Part shown: positions 1 through 11,600 of the stretch, piece after piece
How positions within the stretch are numbered: the first letter of the stretch is position 1
How the letters are laid out: the number at the start of each line of letters is the position of its first letter
Assembly: GCA_951406725.2 (NCBI GenBank)
Contig: OX597827.1
Location: 35,526,001-35,590,000, forward strand
Direction: 5' to 3'
DNA: 64,000 nucleotides
Source: Octopus vulgaris
Taxonomy: Eukaryota
The notes under the pieces: generated by a model
What the model was told of the DNA's origin: nothing
Database searches by the model: none
What the model saw: the letters and a program-made list of their open reading frames with translations, nothing else
Position numbers and translations under genes: made by a program

Positions 1-599
1 TATGTTATACTGTATGCAACAAAAAACCTTCACAGTTTCCAATTTCTTATAAACGTTTTGACAATAAACGCACGATATACACCAATCTGATCCACGATGG
101 CAACTAAAAACAAAAGCGATTAAACATTAGCTACATAGAGACAATATTACCACGTGCCTAACTTTTCTCCACTCCAATAGCCGTGTAAAACATGAGAGAT
201 TTTTCTGCCGTACCTTGAATCTAATACATAATTCATAACATCGTCAAACATTTTCTCTGGATTTCTAGTAATTATCCCAGTCACTACCCACTCTCTGAAA
301 ATTAGAAACGCTTTTTTTTCTGACGAAACGTTTGTCCTCTTTCAGTGTAGAGTCCACTTGTTTTTGTATTGATGTGACCAAAATGTTACACCAATCGATA
401 TTGGAGAGCTGTCAATCTATAATTCTCGAAGTCACTTTCCTGGTGTCTTATTGCCTTGCAGAGAACGGAATACTTAAGGTATTCTTCTGTTAATGGTGAT
501 AAAGTACCTTTCTACTGGTTTTACGTCTCGGTGTTGCAACAATGAAGCGCTTTTATGCAGAAAAGCCGTATTTGAAGGTGTATAAGATGCATCTTTTTT

Positions 600-1740
600 T
601 CAAAAACAAAAAAGGTCGAAAAAGGCACCCCGAGTCCTACATGCGAAGTTGGGACTCCCGAAAGCTTTAATACATTACAATCTTTCCTCTGAATATGTGC
701 TACTGAAATTCAAGGTTTCTACTGGAATACCATCCAGTCCAGACGACAGAGGTTTTTTTTCAATTCATGGCAGCGCTAACTTTAGCAAAAGTGGCGGCCT
801 ATTGATTTGGTGGATGATAAGTACTTCGCAAAACTCCTCTGGATTCACTTATTCAGGCTGGTCTAAGGGCTTATTGAAGTACTTTTCTCAACCCTCCACG
901 ACTGACAGATATCACAGTACAAATCCTGCTGTGATACAGAGTCTTCAATGTATCATAGAAACTGTTTATGTCATATTTAACTCAGTGCATCATGATTTCT
1001 TGAGCTTTTACCATCCACAATTTTTTTATAATGCAGTGTACAATGGGTGAGTTGAGCCTTCTCCGAAGAATTTGCACTGCTTGTATAAAATATGTGATGA
1101 GAGATTACTCAGAGTGGCTCTGTGGACTTTGTGCATGTCATTGAGAAGCCTATGAGTTTTGCTGGAGTTCTCGTTGAATCACTTTTGATTTTTTTTTCGT
1201 CTTAAGGCCAATGGTTTCTGCAGCAGCATCAAGGAATCAGGAATTTGAGAAGGTCCATTAATCAACCATATGATGCCTCTAAAACTTTTAGTTTGATAAC
1301 CAGAGTGTCAGATGTCAAGACGTTTGGGCATCTTTTACGTCGTAAAGTGCACATTTGCATCTAACTTTTGTTATATCATTCGATGGTCTACCCAACATTC
1401 AATTCCCCTCGTTGCATTAATGGGTAAAGCAGTTTTTGAGGTTTGCCCAACTGACCATGATAGACAATAAGATACCAGTATGCATTCATGAGGTCTTGTA
1501 CTTGTTCTTTTACTAGGAGATTGTGCATGTAATAGTTTTATTGTGTTCCAGGCAGAGAAAAAGAAGTCTAATGCCTTTGCTGTTCTTTTTCTCTATCACA
1601 ATAGCTAGTACAAACATAGAAGATAGCATTCAACATGACATCAGCCTTGTTGTTAAAAATAAACTCCTGTCTTAACTCAGACACCAATTAACATTAATGA
1701 GCTGTTTGATGTCTCAAGACGGCAAATTGACTGTATCATT
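600..1740 (-). mobile_element. Degenerate RTE-clade LINE fragment (end of APE endonuclease and linker toward the RT)
   Basis: Minus-strand translation with stops and frameshifts gives KNKYKTS*MH, ATRGIECWVDHR and SGLDGIPVE. These resemble the RTE motifs KTTWMHPRS, CWTDHR and APGxDGIPxE. Confidence 0.6.
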
Positions 1741-2385
1741 AGAGGGATGGACAAAAGGTTTTGCGTTATTCGTTCCGTTTCTTTACACTCTGAGTTTAAA
1801 ACCCACCGCGATCATTCTATTGGCGTTTTATGTCTTCTTTTAAATGTTTTCTTCGGTTTTTAATTTTTAATTATTTCTTTACTGAAACATTTTCTTTCTA
1901 TATCTTGTTTCATTTATTCGCAAGTTCATTGCTGGTTTTTATTCCGGCTCATTACACACTGAGTTTAAATTCCGCCCAAGTCAATTGCGCTTTACAATCT
2001 TCCCAGGATCTATAAAATAAACTACCAACTTAATGTGAGGGATTATTGGATTTGTTAAAATAACTGGAGAAAATCTTTTTTTGTATTTGCTTTGATTCAT
2101 TACGTTCTGGGTATCCCAGCAGATGTTGCAAACTTGTTTGTGCCTTGCCGATAGAATGGTATCATATAAATGTCAAAAATACCAGAAGAAAAGCAATGGG
2201 AAATCACGATCTTTGTATCCTTGCATCAAAGTTACCAGACTGTCCATGTGCTGGCTCAAAGAAGGATCAATGTCTCTTCGAAATTCCGCTTCTTACAGCA
2301 AGAGTGTCTACACGCCAACTCTGCGATCCGATACCCTGCACAAAGACTGTTCCTAGCAGACATTCAATCAGGAGTTGATCATATT

Positions 2386-2616
2386 TATTTCTTTACTATT
2401 CACAAGGAGCTAAACATAGTGGGGACAAACAAGGACAGACAAACGGATTAAGTCGATTACCTCGACCCCAGTACGTAACTGGTACTTATTTAATCGACCA
2501 CGAAAGGATGAAAGGCAAAGTCGACATCGGCGGAATTTGAACTCAGAACGCAACGACAGACGAAATACCGCTAAGCATTTCGCCCGGCGTGCTAACGATT
2601 CTGCCAGCTCGCCGCC
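2386..2616 (-). mobile_element. tRNA-derived SINE, family 1 (GGCGGCGAGCTGGCAGAATCG head)
   Basis: Has an A-box-like TGGCAGAATCG and a B-box GAGTTCAAATTCC. Many near-identical copies occur elsewhere in the window. Confidence 0.85.
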
Positions 2617-3619
2617 CAAATTGGCCACACACACACACAGACTCCAATATACGCTGGCAAGCATGCATTCACGCACGCGCGCATGCACACACATGCATGC
2701 ACGCACACATGCTTACACACACACATGCATACACACATACACACATGCACACACACACATTCACACGTGCAAATACACATAGGCCTTATCTCTACGCTTT
2801 TATGTATATAGGTTCTGACGCGTCGACACACAAACACTAATATTTTGAATCACGAAATATTAATGATCAGTTCTTGGTACTGTATTTTAATATGTGGCGA
2901 GTTGCGTGATGGGTCGGGGCTTGGAGTAGGGTGATATATTTTTGATATCACTGTCCCATTGAGAGAATTCGATAAATGAGAGGAGAGACTGTTACTGTTG
3001 TAAAAACTAGATAAAAGCGAAATATAATCAATCTAAAAGGACGCCTTGATAGCAGGCTATCACAACAAGCTACTTAATCTCCAATTAATAATAGCACGTC
3101 TCTTTGTCTCAAATATACGCGTGCACACACACACACACACACACACACAACTAGATAGACACACATAGAAATATACACGCTTAAACGCTCTTGCACACGC
3201 ATAAAATTTCTGATAGTAAGAATTAAATACATAAATTTATGGTCTTTTTTTTTCTGAAATCAACATTGAATGAAAAGGCGGAATGTATATAGTTGTTTGA
3301 GAGTGTTTGTGTGTGTAATCTATGTATGTGATGTTATCTTTATATATATATATATCGGGAAGTAAATGTGGCTAACCCTTAGGGGTTGATGCTACTGTAT
3401 CTTGTAGCCCCAGGAAGACATCTCCCCCAGCTAGCTATATGTTGTTGTTTTTTTGCAAGATTCTTCATGTGAAATTGTGTGTTGAAACATTGTTATAGTT
3501 GGGGATGGTCATATTTTTGCCAATTAATCACACGCACTATTAGTACCAGTGGCTAATTGACAAAAAATGTCTTTCTCCAAATAAGACAATATATATATAT
3601 GCGTGCTGTTGTATATATA

Positions 3620-4490
3620 TATATATATATATATATATACAAGTATTATATCGCCCAAAAATTATTGTCTGGAGATAAAATGAGAGTTGGGGGACACGTG
3701 TTTCTGGCTTAGTAGCCCTAACCTTATCTTCAGTAACCAAAGAACTTTGACTTATACAAAAACGAATGAAACACATTTATAACCAAGGTAATGTTGCATA
3801 ATTTATACAAAGTACTGAAGCTGATAGAATCAATTAAAATTGATGGGGGTCATCACTGTTTCGACGAAGGATACAAATATCTGTGAGATTTATAATAGAT
3901 AAAATTCTTATCTTTCCCGTAAACAAAAGGCAAATACTATCGTTTCTGAGAACAGCAAAACATCAAGAGAGTTTGAATGTTATTGTTCTTGGTTGTAACA
4001 GCAATCAAAGTGTGGTTGGTTAGTGTTACTGTCATTGTTCCTTATTGTTTAGTTGTTGTCAGCTTGGATCAACAGTTGTCCGGGTTTGTTCGCCGTCCGT
4101 CTGCCGTCTTGTCTCTGCCATTTCTCAATGCTCTCTGGTTAAGTAGCTAAGGTGCGCCAAATTCATACTGATGTTTAGACTCAGAGAGAAAGACATTGCT
4201 GGAACAAGTTCTTGGCGAAGTTGTGATTGGTTAGATTTCTTTACCACGTGGGTAATATTTTAGTGAATCGCGACATCGGGTGTGGTGATAGTGATCAGAC
4301 TGGTGAATATTTCCGCTACAAAACTATTGAAGCTGTTTTCCCAGTATGGGCGTAGTTCAATGAATGAAACAAATAAGACAGAGCAGACTATTTGATCCAT
4401 CGCTAGTCCGAGTTTATCGCGTGAATGTGTATTGTTCATCATTAGCGAATCGAACACATGCACGTGAGAACTTGAAGTTTTGACGAAATT
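3620..4490 (-). mobile_element. Highly degenerate Penelope-like element remnant
   Basis: NNTHSRDKLGLAMD resembles the PLE RT motif NNxYYxQxxGLAMG. A hammerhead-like motif lies at its 3' end, and it is bounded by (TA)n on both sides. Confidence 0.45.
3687..3741 (-). ncRNA. Type I hammerhead-ribozyme-like motif (core intact, stem I degraded)
   Basis: Minus strand reads CTGAAGA-taaggttagggctactaagcca-GAA-ACACGTGT-C, with a palindromic stem III and a GUC cleavage triplet. Confidence 0.55.
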
Positions 4491-4507
4491 ATTTGATTTA
4501 GATCACC

Positions 4508-4557
<50 letters not shown>

Positions 4558-4559
4558 AT

Positions 4560-4735
4560 ACAAAATGGGACAAGAACGCAAAACATCCAGACAGTTAGGT
4601 GATACAAAAAAGGGACAACAAAACATCCAGATAGAAGATACAAAGAAAACAAGAACGGGTCATTCGCAGTTTTCTTTCCTCAGTCGAGTTCCAGATTATC
4701 TTTGCGATTTCGGCTGGTTATACTCGAGATTGCTC

Positions 4736-4795
<60 letters not shown>

Positions 4796-4960
4796 TATAT
4801 ATATATATACACACATATATATATATATATACATATATATATATCACAGTGATCACCGTGATCGACCAGGCTATCAGATGTTGCTACACATCACTGGTCA
4901 CAATGCGCTTCGCATTGTTTTAGCCTTCAAATGACGCCACTCCGCTGGCTAAGCGAGCAG

Positions 4961-5002
<42 letters not shown>

Positions 5003-5140
5003 GGTATGTAGAAAAATACAACATGGACAAGAACGTATAACTCTTAGAAGACGACACAATAAACACGGACAGGACATTCGAAACCCTCAGTCTTCAGTCA
5101 AGAACCGGATCATCGTAGTAATTTCGGCTGATTAATCTTG
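4560..5140 (-). mobile_element. Short retroelement 3'-end fragments (probably Penelope pLTR type) nested in (TA)n
   Basis: Two related segments (4565-4738 and 5000-5141) share cagccGAAA...CTGA(G/A)GA...cgaatg and are separated by (TA)n runs. Confidence 0.4.
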
Positions 5141-5167
5141 ACATATATATATATATATATATATATA

Positions 5168-5392
5168 CCCCAAATACGAACACGAGATCTAGTCGGAACC
5201 CACGGGCGTGGTGCATGCATGTATGTATGCGTGCGCGAACGCGCACATGCATGTATGTGCGCGCGCCTGCGAGTGTGTGTGTAAGTATGTGTGTGTATGT
5301 GGATGTGTGAGTGTGTATGTGTGTATGTCTGGGTGTCTGTGTGTCCGATTGAATGTATGTAAGTATGTGTGTGTATATAGGTGTATGTCCGT

Positions 5393-5432
<40 letters not shown>

Positions 5433-5500
5433 GTGTATGTGTGGAAGTGTGTGTATGTGCATGTGTGTGCGCGTGCATGTGAGTGTGTGAGTAACACACA
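5168..5500 (-). mobile_element. Fragment homologous to the CA-rich 3' UTR of the Penelope-like element at 36.8-41.6 kb
   Basis: Shares non-periodic words with 40530-40835, including catacattc(a)atcggacacac, cacccagacatac, cactcgcagg, gttcgcgcacgcat and tccgac. Confidence 0.75.
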
Positions 5501-5516
5501 CACACACACACACACA

Positions 5517-5561
<45 letters not shown>

Positions 5562-7114
5562 ATATATGGTGCGAATCAGCAAACTACAAAAGGCAGAGAC
5601 AGGGAGGGAACAGCAAACAAAGTATATTAGTTTGACACTCGAATAAAAATGGAGGAGTCTTTGACAGAATGAGGAAAGAAAACGGAGAGAGAAAAAAGTG
5701 TCTGGATTAACAGTCACATATACAAACACTTACACGTCTTTGTTTACATATTTCTATATATTTGTATAAAACCAGTTGTGTTTACATGAGTGTATATACA
5801 CACACACGTTTGTATGTATATATATGTGTGTGTGTGTGTATTTTGGTTGGTAGGTATAAGAGATGTGTCGGAACGTGTGCGTGCGCGCAAGCGTAAATTT
5901 TCACGATGTTATCGTATACCGCTCATTCATTTCCATATAAGAACGGTATAATTCGATGTGAGGACTGCAACACCAGTGGTGCATCTCGCAACAACTCTTT
6001 GAATGGCTAAACACGAAGAGTATATCTTTTCGTTTAGTCAGAGGAGGAACAGTGGCGCAGCTTGAATGTGTGCCGCCCAAGGCAGTTTTCAGTTTACCCC
6101 CACCTTCTCACCTCTGCCTCTGGGTCAATACAACCTATGTAGGTTTATACAGCAGACCCGAAAGTGTCGTCCCTATAAAAGCGTCATCCGGCGAACCGAC
6201 CATTTTTCACCCTCTCCTCTAACTACGCTACTGAGAAAGCCTCTAAGACTGGTGAGAGGTATGATGTGATCCTTACTGGGGTTCAAGCTGAATGTTTGTA
6301 ACAGAGTGGATTCAGTCAAATGGTGTTATTACACCAGAAGTAAAGCCCTTAATCCTATAGATCAGGCATCGGCAGCTACTTTTTATCAGGGTCCAGTTTT
6401 GATTTTTGTTTAGGTTTATCGTTTTTGTGACCTAGAGCACCACTACCTTGTCCTCGGTACCAACCAAGACATCTGCTATCCAGGCCACATCTATCTCTGG
6501 TTGAATTCCTTCCACCCTTACCCGAGACTCTCTCTGTCCCAGGTACATGGGTAGAAGTACTAACTCTTCGTTCCTTAGTGGTGTCGCCGAGTATTTTTTC
6601 GACGTGTTTTCATTTTTGAACCTGACCTCAACTTCTCCGAATATTGACCCTCTGGCAAGATATGTTATTTCTTGCCAGATTGGCCTCAGCGCCTTCTCTT
6701 AATTGTTCTATTGTCATATGGTCAATTTTTCCCTTCTTAATTGAGTAGGTTTTGTGTGTCACCGTTCTCCCTTTCATTATTTTTGTTGTTTCTTGCGAGG
6801 AAGGTGGGGGTTACTTGCACATTGTAACCGTCCTGACTTAATAACTCCTTGTATTTTCCCATTTCGATCTCAACATTATCATCCGATTATCATCCGACGT
6901 CTGCGAACTTCTTATTTCTTCCTTCCAATTCCTTATCCATAACTTCGATATTTCTTAACAGTTCTTCTTCAGGTATTGACAGCTCCGACCCACTAAGGTC
7001 TGAGTAAAACATTTTTTTACTTGCCATACTCCCCTCAAAATGCCGAGGAACAGCACAACCATACACACCGCTGCAATGCAGCACAAAACGAATCACAATA
7101 CTTTTCAATAAACA

Positions 7115-7366
7115 ACAGGAATCACGGACTTTCAGAGATGCTTGGCCTCGTGACTGACACGAGCCGATTAGATTTTGGGATCGATCCGGAACCGGACAAG
7201 TATTCTGGATTATTTTTCCATTTTTTTCCCCTTAATTTTGAGAGTAGTCGGGTTCAGCTTTAGCTTTCTCATTTATGAGAGCAGTTTATTTAAGATATTC
7301 TCATTTTAAAAATCATCTCTGGCTAATCGTTGAGAGGACATTGGTGTTGCCTTGGCGGAGTGCTCT
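7115..7366 (+). mobile_element. Possible non-autonomous Helentron/DINE-like fragment
   Basis: Contains gattttgggatcgatccggaaccgg and a terminal gccttggcggag motif typical of such elements. Confidence 0.35.
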
Positions 7367-7386
7367 TGTTGTTATTATTATTATAA

Positions 7387-7441
<55 letters not shown>

Positions 7442-7490
7442 GTTGTTGTTGTTGTTGTTGTTGTTGCTGTTGTTGTTGTTGTTGTTGTTA
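7366..7490. repeat. (ATT)n/(GTT)n microsatellite
   Basis: Direct observation. Confidence 0.95.
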
Positions 7491-8290
7491 AGGCGGTGAG
7501 CTGGCACAAATGTTAGCACGCCGGGCGTAATGCTTAGCTGTATTTCGTCTGCCGCTACGTTCTGAGTTCAAATTCCGCCGAGGTCGACTTTGCCTTTCAT
7601 CCTTTCGGGGTCGATTAAATAAGCGCCAGTTACGCACTGAGGTCGATATAATCGACTTAATCCGTTTGTCTGTCCTTGTTTGTCCTCTCTGTGTTTAGCC
7701 CCTTGTGGATAGTAAAGAAATAGGTATTTCGTCTGCCGCTACGTTCTGAGTTCAAATTTCGTCGAGGTTGACTTTGCCTTTCATCCTTACGGAATCGATA
7801 AATTACGTACCAGTGAAACACTGGGGTCGATGTATTCGACTAGTCCCCTCCCCAAAAATTTCAGGCCCTGTGCCTTTCGTAGAAAGGATTATTATTGTTA
7901 TTAGGGTATTAGCTGGCAGAATCGTTAGCATGTCTGGCAAAATGCTTACCGGCATTTCGTCCAACTCTTCGTTTAGAATTTTAATTCCATCGGAGTCGAC
8001 TTTGCCTTTCATCCTTTCGAGGTCGATAAAATAAGTACTAGTAAATCAATGGGATCAATGTAGTCAACTTATCCCCTACCCTTAAACTGCTGACCTTGTG
8101 CCAAAATTTGAAACCATTGTTATAAAGGCGGTGAGCTGGCAGACCTGTTACCGTATCAGACGAAATGCTTGCATTTCTTCTGGCTTTACGTTCTGGGTTC
8201 AAGTGCCACCGAGATCGACTATCCCTTACATGTTTTCGGGATCGATGAAATAAGTTCCAACTGAGCACTGGGGTCGATGTAATCGACAGG
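7491..8290 (+). mobile_element. Cluster of head-to-tail family 1 SINE copies; the first has an internal duplication
   Basis: Repeated heads at about 7491, 7905 and 8126, and a repeated core gtcgactttgcctttcatcc. Confidence 0.85.
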
Positions 8291-8531
8291 TTGTTGTTGT
8301 TATTGGCATTATTACTTATTGATGCTAACAGAATCAGTTGTTTATTCTCTTTTCTTTCTCTTTTCTTTTCCATATTCCGTCATCGATCTCCACCGCTGCT
8401 TTACACTGTCATCCGACATTCCCTGCTACGGTTACTGATACTGCTGCTGCTACTATTACTGCCACTGCTGCTACTGTTGTTCATCCGCCGCCACTGTCTT
8501 CCACTGCTGCCCATAATACTTCCAACACCAG

Positions 8532-9127
8532 GTATCGCTGCCATCATCCTAGTCGTCTACATTTTCTTAGGGACACTGATGTTCAAGTCTTGGGAAGAGT
8601 GGGGCTATCTGGAAGCCTTTTATTTCGTATTTATCTCGCTCAGTACCATCGGCCTCGGAGACATCGTACCAGCCCATTCCAAGTTCTTTCTACTCTCCTC
8701 CATTTATATATTCTTCGGGCTGTCTTTGGTATCGATGTGCATCAACGTGGCCATTCAGTTCTTCTCACGTACAATTAAAAAGGCCAGACGAACCATGAAT
8801 GAGATCAGTGATCGAGCTCAGCGCACAGCTACAATGACCATCGGCAAAGCAAAAACGGCTGTTGTTAAAATAGCCGGTGACACAGATGGAACTGTGTCAC
8901 ATGACCATCAGAATGGGGTCGCCAGTGACCACAAAGGGGTTGCTAGTGATCCCAAAGTAGACACCAAAGATTCATCTGGTGAGACAGGCAAAAGTGCCAA
9001 ACCTCCATCGCAGGGATTCTTCCATCGAAAATCTTCAACTGAAAAAAGCCCAACCAAAACCACTGATCAGGACACTGTAGTGACTGTTATTCAGCCAGAT
9101 AGCTGTCCTGAAGGGTTCACGGGTTAA
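8532..9127 (+). CDS. Last coding exon of a two-pore-domain potassium channel (K2P/TWiK family): TM3, P2, TM4 and C-terminal tail
   Basis: IAAIILVVYIFLGTLMFKSWEEWGYLEAFYFVFISLSTIGLGDIVP...YIFFGLSLVSMCIN is the classic K2P second pore module. Putative acceptor ccag| ends at 8531 (phase 1); stop TAA at 9125-9127. No upstream exons were recognised in the window. Confidence 0.92.
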
Positions 9128-9650
9128 ATTAACAAACAACTAATTCATTGGTGAGATGATAGAGGTCATGGGGTTGAGTTTGGGTGACAGGGGTGGGTGA
9201 ACAGGTTTTGATTATTGTTGTTGTTGTTGTTATTGTGGTTAATATTATCAATAATGAGGGGGAAAGTGGATTGGCAGACTTGGCAGAGTGATGGATAAAA
9301 TACCCTTGAAGTATTTTGTTGCATATCTTAGAATTTGGGGTTCAAATCCAGCTGAGCTCAACTTCCCTTCCCTCTATATTAAGGTGTCACTAAAAAAACA
9401 ACATACTAGTTGTGTACCCAGGGTAAAAGGGAAACTAATTGGCTACACACAGTGTTTGAAAACTTGTGGTTATGTAACAAATCTATAATATTAATGATGA
9501 CAAGGGTGATTGAGGAAGAGGAGGAATGAGGAGGATGATGATGAGAACATTAATGATAGAAGATGCGGTGATGAGGATGATGATGATGATGAGGGTAGTG
9601 GTGAAGATGGTGATGATGATCATATATGATAACTGAATATAATGGTAGTA

Positions 9651-9682
<32 letters not shown>

Positions 9683-10901
9683 AAAGATGGTGGTGGTAGT
9701 TGTGGTAGTTTCTATGTGCCGAACAACAGTATGTAACAAGGAAGTAGTAAGAATAAGGGATAAGGATTTTATTTGGAACTTCAAACTCTTGTGGTCCTCT
9801 CTACTATTACTTCTCTTGCAACTTGAAATTGAAGTGTAGGTGAAACACCCTACACATTAACTACTATACACTTGAGCAAACTCTTTATGTGGTCCCTCAA
9901 CATGTTAGAAATAGCAGTCAAGTTCCCTCAGACCACAACTACCATCACCTCACACAACACCACCAACAGCAATACCAACATCACCACCTCCAGCAATAGC
10001 GACAATAGCTAACATCACTACCACCAGCAATAGCAACAACAGCAACAATAACAATAATATTTACCAGAACAATAACAATGCCAATATCACCACCACCACC
10101 AACACATCCATCACCAATGAGAACAACAGCTACAATGAAATGGACAATGGTGTGTAGACCAACACCACCACCACCACAACAACAACAACAAGAACCACTG
10201 ATGCAGCATCTACTCATTCCCTCCGAATGCTAAATATAGCAATCAAATATCACCTTTCAATCACATCCTTTCAAAAGGAGAGAAGAATACATCAGATTAT
10301 GTAGTCTTAAAAAATCATACAGGATGGTCACAAGTGGAACACTCTTCATTATAAATCTGCTTCATTAAGTTTGTCTTTGGGAAATGAAAACTACAATAAC
10401 AACAACAACTAATTTATGTGAAAATTATTTATAAAACTTGTTCAAACCCTAATCCTGCCCAATTACTCCTACTCCCATCAAAAACTCTCTATCATATCCC
10501 AAATGATAAGCTAATGGTTAATTATATCAGTCTAATAAAATTCCCTCACTGCCATTGTGACTCTCAGGGTTCTGCTATGATTTAAAGACACAAGGAGGGA
10601 ACCCCCTAAATCCTTTTCCATCGACTCTTTTAAGCCATTCCCCTCCCCAATTGTTCTATATATTCAAATGTTCAACAGAAAGCCAAGAAATGGGAACGGA
10701 AAACACACAAGCTCCTCGTAATATCGACACAATATGACATGGAAGATATCATTTCTGCTGCTGTATTCTTAAAGTATTCCTGTGCTGTACAAAAGGCTAA
10801 CAAATTGCATTGCAGAAACGAACATATTCCGATGATCAAATGAATGGATGACGTATAGAACAATATTGTTTCACAAAGAATCAGGTATTCTGAGTTGAGT
10901 A

Positions 10902-10904
<3 letters not shown>

Positions 10905-10952
<48 letters not shown>

Positions 10953-10993
10953 TGTGTGTGTGTGTGTGCGTGTGTGTGTGTCTGTATACATAC

Positions 10994-11064
<71 letters not shown>

Positions 11065-11106
11065 TATGTATATATGTATATATGCATATATCTATCTACC
11101 TATCTA

Positions 11107-11197
<91 letters not shown>

Positions 11198-11397
11198 GTC
11201 TGTATGAATATTATTAAACCTGCAAAACCATCACAAAAATCTGCTACTCAGAGTTTCACGTTCCCGTTCATTGAGCAGTTGATTCAAATTCACAGCAGTT
11301 TTTGCAGCTTTAATAATAAAGCATATTACTCTACCTCCAGTATTCAAGTACTATTTTTTCTCACCTTGTTTCACATGTATATGCTTACTCTGGTATA

Positions 11398-11469
<72 letters not shown>

Positions 11470-11600
11470 TGTATGTATGTATGTATGTATGTATGTATGC
11501 ATGTATGCATGCATGCGTGTATGTATGTATATACACACATACACAAATACATATGTATATATGTGTGTGAGTGCATGAGTATGTATGGGTGTATGTATTT
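10905..11600. repeat. Compound (TG)n/(TA)n/(TATG)n microsatellites
   Basis: Direct observation. They explain the overlapping low-complexity ORFs here. Confidence 0.95.

Noticed and set aside
649-1050. 133-aa plus-strand ORF
   Set aside because: Antisense to a decayed RTE LINE, with no recognisable motifs.
8291-8531. Leu-rich, signal-peptide-like N-terminus on the K2P ORF
   Set aside because: It derives from intronic (CTG/CTA)n-like repeats next to a SINE. Homology starts at the acceptor near 8532.
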